Assembly (NCBI GenBank): GCA_002269645.1
Contig: NIVC01000906.1
Coordinates: forward strand, 124,001-188,000
Direction: 5' to 3'
Length of the DNA stretch: 64,000 bases
From: Macrostomum lignano
Lineage: Eukaryota
The notes under the pieces were generated by a model, which made no database searches, was not told the DNA's origin, and saw nothing but the letters and a program-made list of their open reading frames with translations. Positions 52,184 to 64,000 of the stretch are shown here, piece after piece (position 1 is the first letter of the stretch; each line of letters begins with the position of its first letter). The translations under genes were made by a program, and so were the position numbers.

Positions 52184-52345
52184 ATAGGTTAGACAGGTAT
52201 TAGGCATGTATGTACTTGAATATAGTGATTTTTAAATTGTTTTTCCATAAATAACTTTTACTCCTTGTTTATGTCTTGTATGCCTGTTTTGTAATATTAG
52301 AATAGGCCTCAGTTAAAATAGATAGTTAAGCATATAAAAATGTTT

Positions 52346-53953
52346 GGCAATCTTCAAGTTTCGTTCATTAAATTATTTTTTCAATGATTTCTGAACTATC
52401 TTGCTCTGAGATTATTATTTTCGAGTTCTCCAGTGTACCCAGCCCTTTCCTAGTTGAGAAAGTAGCAGTTTTGTTAATATTATATATCTAATGTACCGTA
52501 AAGCCGTTGGTAGGCAAAGGAATGTCTATGGCCCATATTAGGGTAACGTAATGATGACGTGGCTTTCACTGACGTGGCATTTTAGCAAAGAACGTCTATG
52601 GGGAATAAAGATGCTACTGTACGCAGCTTTAAGAGTGGCATGGAGTAGTATCATAAGCAGTTAATAGACAAGCAGCTAATACACTATAAGACTAATACAC
52701 TATGGCAGGACGACCAGTGGCACCCACTTTTATTGTACCAGTAGCACAAGTGCAACCAGCTGCAGCTTTGTGCGACATCACCTTGACAATGCGGGAACTG
52801 GCTGTGATTATGGCAACAACAAGGGATACCATGAATTGGATGGCCAAATACCATCTAATTGCTAACCAGCAAGTGTGTGCCAATTGTCCGGCCACTCAAC
52901 TTCGGCTGCAGCTCCATCAAGGTGACCGCTTTACTAACGGCTACGCTTGGGCTTGCACCAACTGCCATGCGCAGGTGTCTATCCGAAAGGGGTCCTTTTT
53001 TGAACAGAGTCACCTCAAGCTATGTCAGCTACTAGACCTCATCTACTGGTGGGCGACAGATGCCAGGCAGCATGAGTGCGCATGTCAAGCCTAGGTCAGT
53101 CCCCAGTCTACGGTTGACTGGCAGAACTTCATCAGGGATGTCTGTGCCCAATACCTATTGGACCATCCGATGCAGCTTGGTGGTGCTGGCCGGGATTTAG
53201 AAGTGGACGAGTCGTACTTCTTCCATCGTAAGTACCACCAGGGTGCACATCGGCCAGGCCAATGGGTGCTGGGCATGGTTGAGCGTGGTTCCAAGAAGGC
53301 AACCCTAGTTGCTGTGCCCAACAGGACAGCTGCCACACTACTGCCAATCATCCAGCAGTATGTGCTTCCTGGTACACGGATTATTACCGATGGCTGGCAG
53401 GCTTATGGCCAACTGCAGAACCATGTGGTGGTGAACCACCAATTGGCCTTCGTGAACCCTCTAGACCCAACTGTACATACGAACCTAATCGAGGGCACCT
53501 GGGCACACTGCAAGGCCAAGCTAAGGGCAATGCACGGTACATCACAGGCCCTGTTTGAAACCTACCTGGATGAGTTCATATGGCGCCGTCTGCACCCTGT
53601 CAATCCATTTGGGAACATCCTATACTGGATCGCACATTACTATAATGTCTAAGCATTAAGTTCTATGTGCTAAACTGTTGCTACTGAACTGGACTGCTAC
53701 TACTGCCCCTGTTGTACCCCACTGTGTTACTATTTCTGTCTGTTTGTACTCAGCGTTACATGTTAGCTTTGCTTGTTTGCATCTTATATTTCCAGCTTTA
53801 CGGTACATTAGATATATAATATTAACAAAACTGCTACTTTCTCAACTAGGAAAGGGCTGGGTACACTGGAGAACTCGAAAATAATCATCTCAGAGCAAGA
53901 TAGTTCAGAAATCATTGAAAAAATAATTTAACGAACGAAACTTGAAGATTGCC
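52346..53953 (+). mobile_element. Merlin (IS1595/ISXO2-like) DNA transposon, full length, 1608 bp
   Basis: ~160-bp TIRs with GGCAA/TTGCC termini and a perfect 8-bp TSD AAATGTTT (52338-52345, 53954-53961). Confidence 0.93.
52702..53652 (+). pseudogene. Merlin transposase with one in-frame stop (53092-53094)
   Basis: The two ORFs in the track are in the same frame. Motifs: zinc ribbon CANC..WACTNC..SIRKGSFF, EVDESYF, WVLGMVER, GTRIITDGWQAY, VNHQLAFV, HTNLIEGTW and YLDEFIWR. Confidence 0.92.
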
Positions 53954-56522
53954 AAATGTTTACTAGGGGCAACAAAGGTATAGACATAGTGCAATGCATA
54001 TTTAGAAAGTATATATATATTAGATATTTTCAGAAACTTTAGGAAAAATATTTTTTAATGTAATGCTAAAAAATTATTTTAGAAATTTCTAGAACATAAT
54101 TAATTTTAATGTCAATTCTATAGCCTTAACAAATAATTTGCAGTAGTATAGTAAAAGTGAATAGGCCTACTGCATTCATATATGGTAACATTACGTGTAA
54201 TCATTGAACCCAATAAAATTTGTAATAATTGAAGCTTCTAGAATTTTCCAGTAATATGCTATAGGCCTATTAAACTGACAATACTATAAATAAATGTGGA
54301 CTAAAGACACAATCTTTTTTTAAGATTTCTTTCTACCAGATCTCATATTGTAAACCTAAAAAAACCACAGCCTAGCTTATCATTTTCATCAAAATCTTAC
54401 AGAGACACAAAGCTAGGCCTACACGACCTACATGACCTACTACTACTAGCCTAACCTGCTAAAAAGTACAGATGAAAGTGAGAATTTAGTTTAAATTTCA
54501 AATTAATCTAATACAAAAGGTTGGTCACAATTTGATTAGTTTATTACATCGCATTGGCTCTGCCTCTGCATTTTATAATATTTGCCCGACACTGACAAGT
54601 CTCGACTCTCTACTCTCTACCATTGTCCCCAATGGCCAACACCAGGTAATTTTAGACAGCATTTTTTACTTATTTTAGTGATCATGCACAGAAAAAAGAT
54701 TAGAGAAATCTGGCAGTATTTTACATTTCACATATTTTTAATTCATGCGCTTGCGTGGTTTCGTAGAAATGCGTTTTATGCCAGTCCAATTTAAAACATT
54801 TGACATTATTAGGCGATACAACAAATACTTTTTTCTGCTTTCTTTTTATACGTAAAAGCACATTTATCTTTTATTTTTTATTAACAATTACACTGTAACA
54901 AATAAAATTTATTAAAAAAGCTAAAACCTAGCAAACTGTTTTGATTCTGTTTTTTTAAACTTGAAGGAAGTCCAGTCAGTCGGACCGGACTATACTCAGA
55001 CTCAGTGTACTGTACTGTACAGTACAGTAGCTTCAGCTTTATACTGCTATGCACCAGCCACTCAGACAGCTTAAAAAGTATAAAAGGACGCGTCAAATGA
55101 TAGGCCCTATGCATGCATTTGACATTGCAAAGAACTATTGGAATGGTGTTAGTAGCGGGGCAGCCCTGGCAGGAAAATGTGAAACTGAAAGCATCAATTT
55201 TTATAAATAAAATAACATAATTTGCATCCTGATTCCTAACTTAAGTCATTTGACAAAATGAGTCAAATGACTGGTACAAGTGGTACCCCTTGGCTTAAGT
55301 CTTGAGTTTTGTAGCTAAAGCTAGGCCTAATGAGTTATTATCAGTAATGTTTAAAAATAAACTCCCTAGGCCTCATATTCATTAAGCACCAATGTCAGAT
55401 ACAAAACAGATACAATGATACTCTGGGACTAACTATTACTCACTGCAGTGCAAGTAACCTTAACCTATTATACTATGTCAAGTCAAACATAGATATAGGA
55501 ATAGGGGAGACAGTGAGGCCATGGCCTCCCACTTTTTAAAATGGGGGGGCATTAATAGTATCTGGCCCTTCCACATTTTAAATGTAAAATGTATACTTTG
55601 ATTATTTTTTATTTTTGTTATTTTGTCTTTGCGTAAATGCATTTTACTATAAGTATAAGGCAACGGAACATAGGGCCTAGTGTTTGCAGTTCAAAATACG
55701 TGTCTGCAATGCCAAAATAAGTGCCTGCAGCTGCAGCACCAAAATGAGTGCCTGTAGTGCCAAAATGAGTGCCCGTGGTGCTTTATAAAAGGAGTACATA
55801 CAATTTTTTATAAAATAATGGGATTATAATCTTAGTTTAAGTAGGACAGGATCAAGATTGAGAATAATTTTTTTGGGATTGGATTGGGATTCAAGAATTG
55901 GGATTAAGGTCTTTTAGTTTATTGTAGTTTGTAGGTCCATATCAAGTTAAACAAAATTGAGCAAAAATGTCAAGATCAAAAAGTATAACATAGACCCTAA
56001 CAAAATCAATACAAAGTTTTGTAACCAACAAAATAATCATAGAATGAGTACAAGTTAAAACAAAATACATTCAGGTAATCACTCATTCTATAATTTTTTA
56101 ATCAAAAGACCTGTTCCTAATTCTCATGTTTTTTAGGATCAGGATCTTGGTCCTATAGAAATCCAATTTTCCTTAGGATCTCAAGATTTTGAGATTGGAA
56201 TTGGGATCCTATTTGACCTTTACTGACAAGATAGATTATGAAAATAATCGATACATGATAGTGTGCATTTTCTATATAAAATCTAACTTGATGGGGATGC
56301 CCTATGCACCCCTCCCCCTAAATTTGTCACTTAACCTGACCTCCCATTTTTTGAAACCTTCCTTTGCTATGAAGTCAAGTCAAAGTAATAAACTTTAATT
56401 AATAATTGTTTTGGTGACAAGAAATTTTGGCAATTACTTTGGACTTAGTGATATTTTTATACATATATTTATATATTATACTATACACTAAACTACTCTT
56501 TATACTAAAACTCACGTGTTGT

Positions 56523-57468
56523 NNNNNNNNNNNNNNNNNNNNNNNNNNNNNNNNNNNNNNNNNNNNNNNNNNNNNNNNNNNNNNNNNNNNNNNNNNNNNN
56601 NNNNNNNNNNNNNNNNNNNNNNNNNNNNNNNNNNNNNNNNNNNNNNNNNNNNNNNNNNNNNNNNNNNNNNNNNNNNNNNNNNNNNNNNNNNNNNNNNNNN
56701 NNNNNNNNNNNNNNNNNNNNNNNNNNNNNNNNNNNNNNNNNNNNNNNNNNNNNNNNNNNNNNNNNNNNNNNNNNNNNNNNNNNNNNNNNNNNNNNNNNNN
56801 NNNNNNNNNNNNNNNNNNNNNNNNNNNNNNNNNNNNNNNNNNNNNNNNNNNNNNNNNNNNNNNNNNNNNNNNNNNNNNNNNNNNNNNNNNNNNNNNNNNN
56901 NNNNNNNNNNNNNNNNNNNNNNNNNNNNNNNNNNNNNNNNNNNNNNNNNNNNNNNNNNNNNNNNNNNNNNNNNNNNNNNNNNNNNNNNNNNNNNNNNNNN
57001 NNNNNNNNNNNNNNNNNNNNNNNNNNNNNNNNNNNNNNNNNNNNNNNNNNNNNNNNNNNNNNNNNNNNNNNNNNNNNNNNNNNNNNNNNNNNNNNNNNNN
57101 NNNNNNNNNNNNNNNNNNNNNNNNNNNNNNNNNNNNNNNNNNNNNNNNNNNNNNNNNNNNNNNNNNNNNNNNNNNNNNNNNNNNNNNNNNNNNNNNNNNN
57201 NNNNNNNNNNNNNNNNNNNNNNNNNNNNNNNNNNNNNNNNNNNNNNNNNNNNNNNNNNNNNNNNNNNNNNNNNNNNNNNNNNNNNNNNNNNNNNNNNNNN
57301 NNNNNNNNNNNNNNNNNNNNNNNNNNNNNNNNNNNNNNNNNNNNNNNNNNNNNNNNNNNNNNNNNNNNNNNNNNNNNNNNNNNNNNNNNNNNNNNNNNNN
57401 NNNNNNNNNNNNNNNNNNNNNNNNNNNNNNNNNNNNNNNNNNNNNNNNNNNNNNNNNNNNNNNNNNNN
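56523..57468. other. Assembly gap (N run)
   Basis: 946 N. The 389 and 318 aa ORFs here are artefacts. Confidence 1.
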
Positions 57469-60400
57469 TTAAAGGGTTCCTTTATAGCCTATTAATGATT
57501 ACTAAAGGCAAGCCTATCTTAATTGATTTCTTTTCCTCGCAGATTCTGAAGTCAGCCACGCCAGCGACATGCCTAAGAGACAAGAATGCGCTTTAACGAT
57601 CAGCAGCGAGCATTCTGATCTCGCCGCTGCATCCGTCATTTGGTTCACTTGCTGCTCACAAGCCGCAGCAGCAGCAGCCGCTATCCGTGCAGGCAGTCAG
57701 TCTTTGTGAATTTTCTGGTGGATCTGAAGAAAACCCGTCCGGCACAGGATTAAAGAGAAAGAGACGATCTGTTTTGGGTGAGTATTATCTGCTGTAGAAG
57801 TATTGTACACCAGAGTACTTGTGTTACTTGGTAGAGCACAATTGAAAAGCAATGCAACAATCTCAGTGGCATTGTTGGGACACAAGCTACAAACGCATTG
57901 AATAGTAAACACAGCCCAGCCTAGCTCAAGGCTAGTAATTTGTTGGGCATTTATTGGGACATTGCAGCCAGGCCTATTTTTTGAACAGCATTTGTTGGGT
58001 CGCACTTATTGGGACAATACTGATTCTAATCGCGACTACTTCTGAGTTCTGACTTTTCAAAACAGACCCAGCATTAGTTGAACACGTTCTATTAAAGGGT
58101 TCCTTTATAGCCTATTAATGATTACTAAAGGCAAGCCTATCTTAATTGATTTCTTTTCCTCGCAGATTCTGAAGTCAGCCACGCCAGCGACATGCCTAAG
58201 AGACAAGAATGCGCTTTAACGATCAGCAGCGAGCATTCTGATCTCGCCGCTGCATCCGTCATTTGGTTCACTTGCTGCTCACAAGCCGCAGCAGCAGCAG
58301 CCGCTATCCGTGCAGGCAGTCAGTCTCTTTGTGAATTTTCTGGTGGATCTGAAGAAAACCCGTCCGGCACAGGATTAAAGAGAAAGAGACGATCTGTTTT
58401 GGGTGAGTATTATCTGCTGTAGAAGTATTGTACACCAGAGTACTTGTGTTACTTGGTAGAGCACAATTCAAAAGCAATGCAACAATCTCAGTGGCATTGT
58501 TGGGACACAAGCTACAAACGCATTGAATAGTAAACACAGCCCAGCCTAGCTCAAGGCTAGTAATTTGTTGGGCATTTATTGGGACATTGCAGCCAGGCCT
58601 ATTTTTTGAACAGCATTTGTTGGGTCGCACTTATTGGGACAATACTGATTCTAATCGCGACTACTTCTGAGTTCTGACTTTTCAAAACAGACCCAGCATT
58701 AGTTGAACACGTTCTATTAAAGGGTTCCTTTATAGCCTATTAATGATTACTAAAGCAAGCCTATCTTAATTGATTTCTTTTCCTCGCAGATTCTGAAGTC
58801 AGCCACGCCAGCGACATGCCTAAGAGACAAGAATGCGCTTTAACGATCAGCAGCGAGCATTCTGATCTCGCCGCTGCATCCGTCATTTGGTTCACTTGCT
58901 GCTCACAAGCCGCAGCAGCAGCAGCCGCTATCCGTGCAGGCAGTCAGTCTATTTGTGAATTTTCTGGTGGATCTGAAGAAAACCCGTCCGGCACAGGATT
59001 AAAGAGAAAGAGACGATCTGTTTTGGGTGAGTATTATCTGCTGTAGAAGTATTGTACACCAGAGTACTTGTGTTACTTGGTAGAGCACAATTCAAAAGCA
59101 ATGCAACAATCTCAGTGGCATTGTTGGGACACAAGCTACAAACGCATTGAATAGTAAACACAGCCCAGCCTAGCTCAAGGCTAGTAATTTGTTGGGCATT
59201 TATTGGGACATTGCAGCCAGGCCTATTTTTTGAACAGCATTTGTTGGGTCGCACTTATTGGGACAATACTGATTCTAATCGCGACTACTTCTGAGTTCTG
59301 ACTTTTCAAAACAGACCCAGCATTAGTTGAACACGTTCTATTAAAGGGTTCCTTTATAGCCTATTAATGATTACTAAAGCAAGCCTATCTTAATTGATTT
59401 CTTTTCCTCGCAGATTCTGAAGTCAGCCACGCCAGCGACATGCCTAAGAGACAAGAATGCGCTTTAACGATCAGCAGCGAGCATTCTGATCTCGCCGCTG
59501 CATCCGTCATTTGGTTCACTTGCTGCTCACAAGCCGCAGCAGCAGCAGCCGCTATCCGTGCAGGCAGTCAGTCTCTTTGTGAATTTTCTGGTGGATCTGA
59601 AGAAAACCCGTCCGGCACAGGATTAAAGAGAAAGAGACGATCTGTTTTGGGTGAGTATTATCTGCTGTAGAAGTATTGTACACCAGAGTACTTGTGTTAC
59701 TTGGTAGAGCACAATTCAAAAGCAATGCAACAATCTCAGTGGCATTGTTGGGACACAAGCTACAAACGCATTGAATAGTAAACACAGCCCAGCCTAGCTC
59801 AAGGCTAGTAATTTGTTGGGCATTTATTGGGACATTGCAGCCAGGCCTATTTTTTGAACAGCATTTGTTGGGTCGCACTTATTGGGACAATACTGATTCT
59901 AATCGCGACTACTTCTGAGTTCTGACTTTTCAAAACAGACCCAGCATTAGTTGAACACGTTCTATTAAAGGGTTCCTTTATAGCCTATTAATGATTACTA
60001 AAGCAAGCCTATCTTAATTGATTTCTTTTCCTCGCAGATTCTGAAGTCAGCCACGCCAGCGACATGCCTAAGAGACAAGAATGCGCTTTAACGATCAGCA
60101 GCGAGCATTCTGATCTCGCCGCTGCATCCGTCATTTGGTTCACTTGCTGCTCACAAGCCGCAGCAGCAGCAGCCGCTATCCGTGCAGGCAGTCAGTCTAT
60201 TTGTGAATTTTCTGGTGGATCTGAAGAAAACCCGTCCGGCACAGGATTAAAGAGAAAGAGACGATCTGTTTTGGGTGAGTATTATCTGCTGTAGAAGTAT
60301 TGTACACCAGAGTACTTGTGTTACTTGGTAGAGCACAATTCAAAAGCAATGCAACAATCTCAGTGGCATTGTTGGGACACAAGCTACAAACGCATTGAAT

Positions 60401-62032
60401 AGTAAACACAGCCCAGCCTAGCTCAAGGCTAGTAATTTGTTGGGCATTTATTGGGACATTGCAGCCAGGCCTATTTTTTGAACAGCATTTGTTGGGTCGC
60501 ACTTATTGGGACAATACTGATTCTAATCGCGACTACTTCTGAGTTCTGACTTTTCAAAACAGACCCAGCATTAGTTGAACACGTTCTATTAAAGGGTTCC
60601 TTTATAGCCTATTAATGATTACTAAAGGCAAGCCTATCTTAATTGATTTCTTTTCCTCGCAGATTCTGAAGTCAGCCACGCCAGCGACATGCCTAAGAGA
60701 CAAGAATGCGCTTTAACGATCAGCAGCGAGCATTCTGATCTCGCCGCTGCATCCGTCATTTGGTTCACTTGCTGCTCACAAGCCGCAGCAGCAGCAGCCG
60801 CTATCCGTGCAGGCAGTCAGTCTCTTTGTGAATTTTCTGGTGGATCTGAAGAAAACCCGTCCGGCACAGGATTAAAGAGAAAGAGACGATCTGTTTTGGG
60901 TGAGTATTATCTGCTGTAGAAGTATTGTACACCAGAGTACTTGTGTTACTTGGTAGAGCACAATTCAAAAGCAATGCAACAATCTCAGTGGCATTGTTGG
61001 GACACAAGCTACAAACGCATTGAATAGTAAACACAGCCCAGCCTAGCTCAAGGCTAGTAATTTGTTGGGCATTTATTGGGACATTGCAGCCAGGCCTATT
61101 TTTTGAACAGCATTTGTTGGGTCGCACTTATTGGGACAATACTGATTCTAATCGCGACTACTTCTGAGTTCTGACTTTTCAAAACAGACCCAGCATTAGT
61201 TGAACACGTTCTATTAAAGGGTTCCTTTATAGCCTATTAATGATTACTAAAGCAAGCCTATCTTAATTGATTTCTTTTCCTCGCAGATTCTGAAGTCAGC
61301 CACGCCAGCGACATGCCTAAGAGACAAGAATGCGCTTTAACGATCAGCAGCGAGCATTCTGATCTCGCCGCTGCATCCGTCATTTGGTTCACTTGCTGCT
61401 CACAAGCCGCAGCAGCAGCAGCCGCTATCCGTGCAGGCAGTCAGTCTCTTTGTGAATTTTCTGGTGGATCTGAAGAAAACCCGTCCGGCACAGGATTAAA
61501 GAGAAAGAGACGATCTGTTTTGGGTGAGTATTATCTGCTGTAGAAGTATTGTACACCAGAGTACTTGTGTTACTTGGTAGAGCACAATTCAAAAGCAATG
61601 CAACAATCTCAGTGGCATTGTTGGGACACAAGCTACAAACGCATTGAATAGTAAACACAGCCCAGCCTAGCTCAAGGCTAGTAATTTGTTGGGCATTTAT
61701 TGGGACATTGCAGCCAGGCCTATTTTTTGAACAGCATTTGTTGGGTCGCACTTATTGGGACAATACTGATTCTAATCGCGACTACTTCTGAGTTCTGACT
61801 TTTCAAAACAGACCCAGCATTAGTTGAACACGTTCTATTAAAGGGTTCCTTTATAGCCTATTAATGATTACTAAAGCAAGCCTATCTTAATTGATTTCTT
61901 TTCCTCGCAGATTCTGAAGTCAGCCACGCCAGCGACATGCCTAAGAGACAAGAATGCGCTTTAACGATCAGCAGCGAGCATTCTGATCTCGCCGCTGCAT
62001 CCGTCATTTGGTTCACTTGCTGCTCACAAGCC

Positions 62033-62065
<33 letters not shown>

Positions 62066-63938
62066 GCTATCCGTGCAGGCAGTCAGTCTATTTGTGAATT
62101 TTCTGGTGGATCTGAAGAAAACCCGTCCGGCACAGGATTAAAGAGAAAGAGACGATCTGTTTTGGGTGAGTATTATCTGCTGTAGAAGTATTGTACACCA
62201 GAGTACTTGTGTTACTTGGTAGAGCACAATTCAAAAGCAATGCAACAATCTCAGTGGCATTGTTGGGACACAAGCTACAAACGCATTGAATAGTAAACAC
62301 AGCCCAGCCTAGCTCAAGGCTAGTAATTTGTTGGGCATTTATTGGGACATTGCAGCCAGGCCTATTTTTTGAACAGCATTTGTTGGGTCGCACTTATTGG
62401 GACAATACTGATTCTAATCGCGACTACTTCTGAGTTCTGACTTTTCAAAACAGACCCAGCATTAGTTGAACACGTTCTATTAAAGGGTTCCTTTATAGCC
62501 TATTAATGATTACTAAAGCAAGCCTATCTTAATTGATTTCTTTTCCTCGCAGATTCTGAAGTCAGCCACGCCAGCGACATGCCTAAGAGACAAGAATGCG
62601 CTTTAACGATCAGCAGCGAGCATTCTGATCTCGCCGCTGCATCCGTCATTTGGTTCACTTGCTGCTCACAAGCCGCAGCAGCAGCAGCCGCTATCCGTGC
62701 AGGCAGTCAGTCTCTTTGTGAATTTTCTGGTGGATCTGAAGAAAACCCGTCCGGCACAGGATTAAAGAGAAAGAGACGATCTGTTTTGGGTGAGTATTAT
62801 CTGCTGTAGAAGTATTGTACACCAGAGTACTTGTGTTACTTGGTAGAGCACAATTCAAAAGCAATGCAACAATCTCAGTGGCATTGTTGGGACACAAGCT
62901 ACAAACGCATTGAATAGTAAACACAGCCCAGCCTAGCTCAAGGCTAGTAATTTGTTGGGCATTTATTGGGACATTGCAGCCAGGCCTATTTTTTGAACAG
63001 CATTTGTTGGGTCGCACTTATTGGGACAATACTGATTCTAATCGCGACTACTTCTGAGTTCTGACTTTTCAAAACAGACCCAGCATTAGTTGAACACGTT
63101 CTATTAAAGGGTTCCTTTATAGCCTATTAATGATTACTAAAGGCAAGCCTATCTTAATTGATTTCTTTTCCTCGCAGATTCTGAAGTCAGCCACGCCAGC
63201 GACATGCCTAAGAGACAAGAATGCGCTTTAACGATCAGCAGCGAGCATTCTGATCTCGCCGCTGCATCCGTCATTTGGTTCACTTGCTGCTCACAAGCCG
63301 CAGCAGCAGCAGCAGCAGCAGCAGCAGCCGCTATCCGTGCAGGCAGTCAGTCTATTTGTGAATTTTCTGGTGGATCTGAAGAAAACCCGTCCGGCACAGG
63401 ATTAAAGAGAAAGAGACGATCTGTTTTGGGTGAGTATTATCTGCTGTAGAAGTATTGTACACCAGAGTACTTGTGTTACTTGGTAGAGCACAATTCAAAA
63501 GCAATGCAACAATCTCAGTGGCATTGTTGGGACACAAGCTACAAACGCATTGAATAGTAAACACAGCCCAGCCTAGCTCAAGGCTAGTAATTTGTTGGGC
63601 ATTTATTGGGACATTGCAGCCAGGCCTATTTTTTGAACAGCATTTGTTGGGTCGCACTTATTGGGACAATACTGATTCTAATCGCGACTACTTCTGAGTT
63701 CTGACTTTTCAAAACAGACCCAGCATTAGTTGAACACGTTCTATTAAAGGGTTCCTTTATAGCCTATTAATGATTACTAAAGCAAGCCTATCTTAATTGA
63801 TTTCTTTTCCTCGCAGATTCTGAAGTCAGCCACGCCAGCGACATGCCTAAGAGACAAGAATGCGCTTTAACGATCAGCAGCGAGCATTCTGATCTCGCCG
63901 CTGCATCCGTCATTTGGTTCACTTGCTGCTCACAAGCC

Positions 63939-63971
<33 letters not shown>

Positions 63972-64000
63972 GCTATCCGTGCAGGCAGTCAGTCTATTTG
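57469..64000. repeat. Tandem array of a 624/625-bp unit, at least 10.5 copies, running off the window
   Basis: Unit starts at 57469, 58092, 58717 and onward. Copies are near-identical and differ by aaagg/aaag, ctt/att and (GCA)n length. Confidence 0.97.
58166..58402 (+). CDS. Putative 237-nt phase 1-1 exon repeated in every unit (also 57543-57777 frameshifted, 58790-59026, 59414-59650, 60038-60274, 60663-60899, 61287-61523, 61911-62165, 62553-62789, 63178-63429, 63817->64000)
   Basis: Acceptor tttcttttcctcgcAG and donor G|GTGAGT. Only the phase-1 frame is open: DSEVSHASDMPKRQECALT...AAAAAAAIRAGSQS(L/I)CEF...LKRKRRSVL. No family was recognised. Confidence 0.5.

Noticed and set aside
56427-57596. 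389 and 318 aa ORFs
   Set aside because: They read through the N gap.
57697-63657. Repeated minus-strand 101-108 aa ORF (MRPNKCC...)
   Set aside because: It uses a non-ATG start, overlaps the intron antisense, ends differently depending on one SNP and has no splice or domain support.

Overview
Eukaryotic (metazoan-like) genomic DNA with GC-rich spliced exons, AT-rich spacers and very dense tandem repeats. The style resembles a Macrostomum-type flatworm, but that is inference only. Host genes: a 3-exon fragment of an ankyrin-repeat (Caskin/ANKS1-like) gene (-, runs off the left edge), a complete 7-exon ammonium transporter (+, 30209-38018), a 2-exon ZIP11/SLC39A11 zinc transporter (-) and a single-exon ZNHIT2 (-). 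Mobile DNA: a Tc1/mariner remnant, a spliced MULE-type transposase pseudogene with a CG-1-like N-terminus, a near-intact Merlin element (8-bp TSD), a 1.9-kb non-autonomous hAT (8-bp TSD), a tRNA-derived SINE (13-bp TSD) and several MITEs. There is an N gap at 56523-57468. Most notable: (1) a perfect 24-bp TIR pair 19.9 kb apart enclosing four satellite arrays and no transposase; (2) inside it, about 53 near-identical 142-bp units, each with C/D-box-like motifs and a 13-nt complement to a conserved 28S rRNA methylation site; (3) at least 10.5 tandem copies of a 624-bp unit, each holding a frame-symmetric (phase 1-1) exon with strong splice sites; (4) nearly every intron carries its own, mostly G-rich, minisatellite. 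Most long ORFs in the supplied track are repeat artefacts. No CRISPR array, rRNA gene or genuine tRNA gene was seen.
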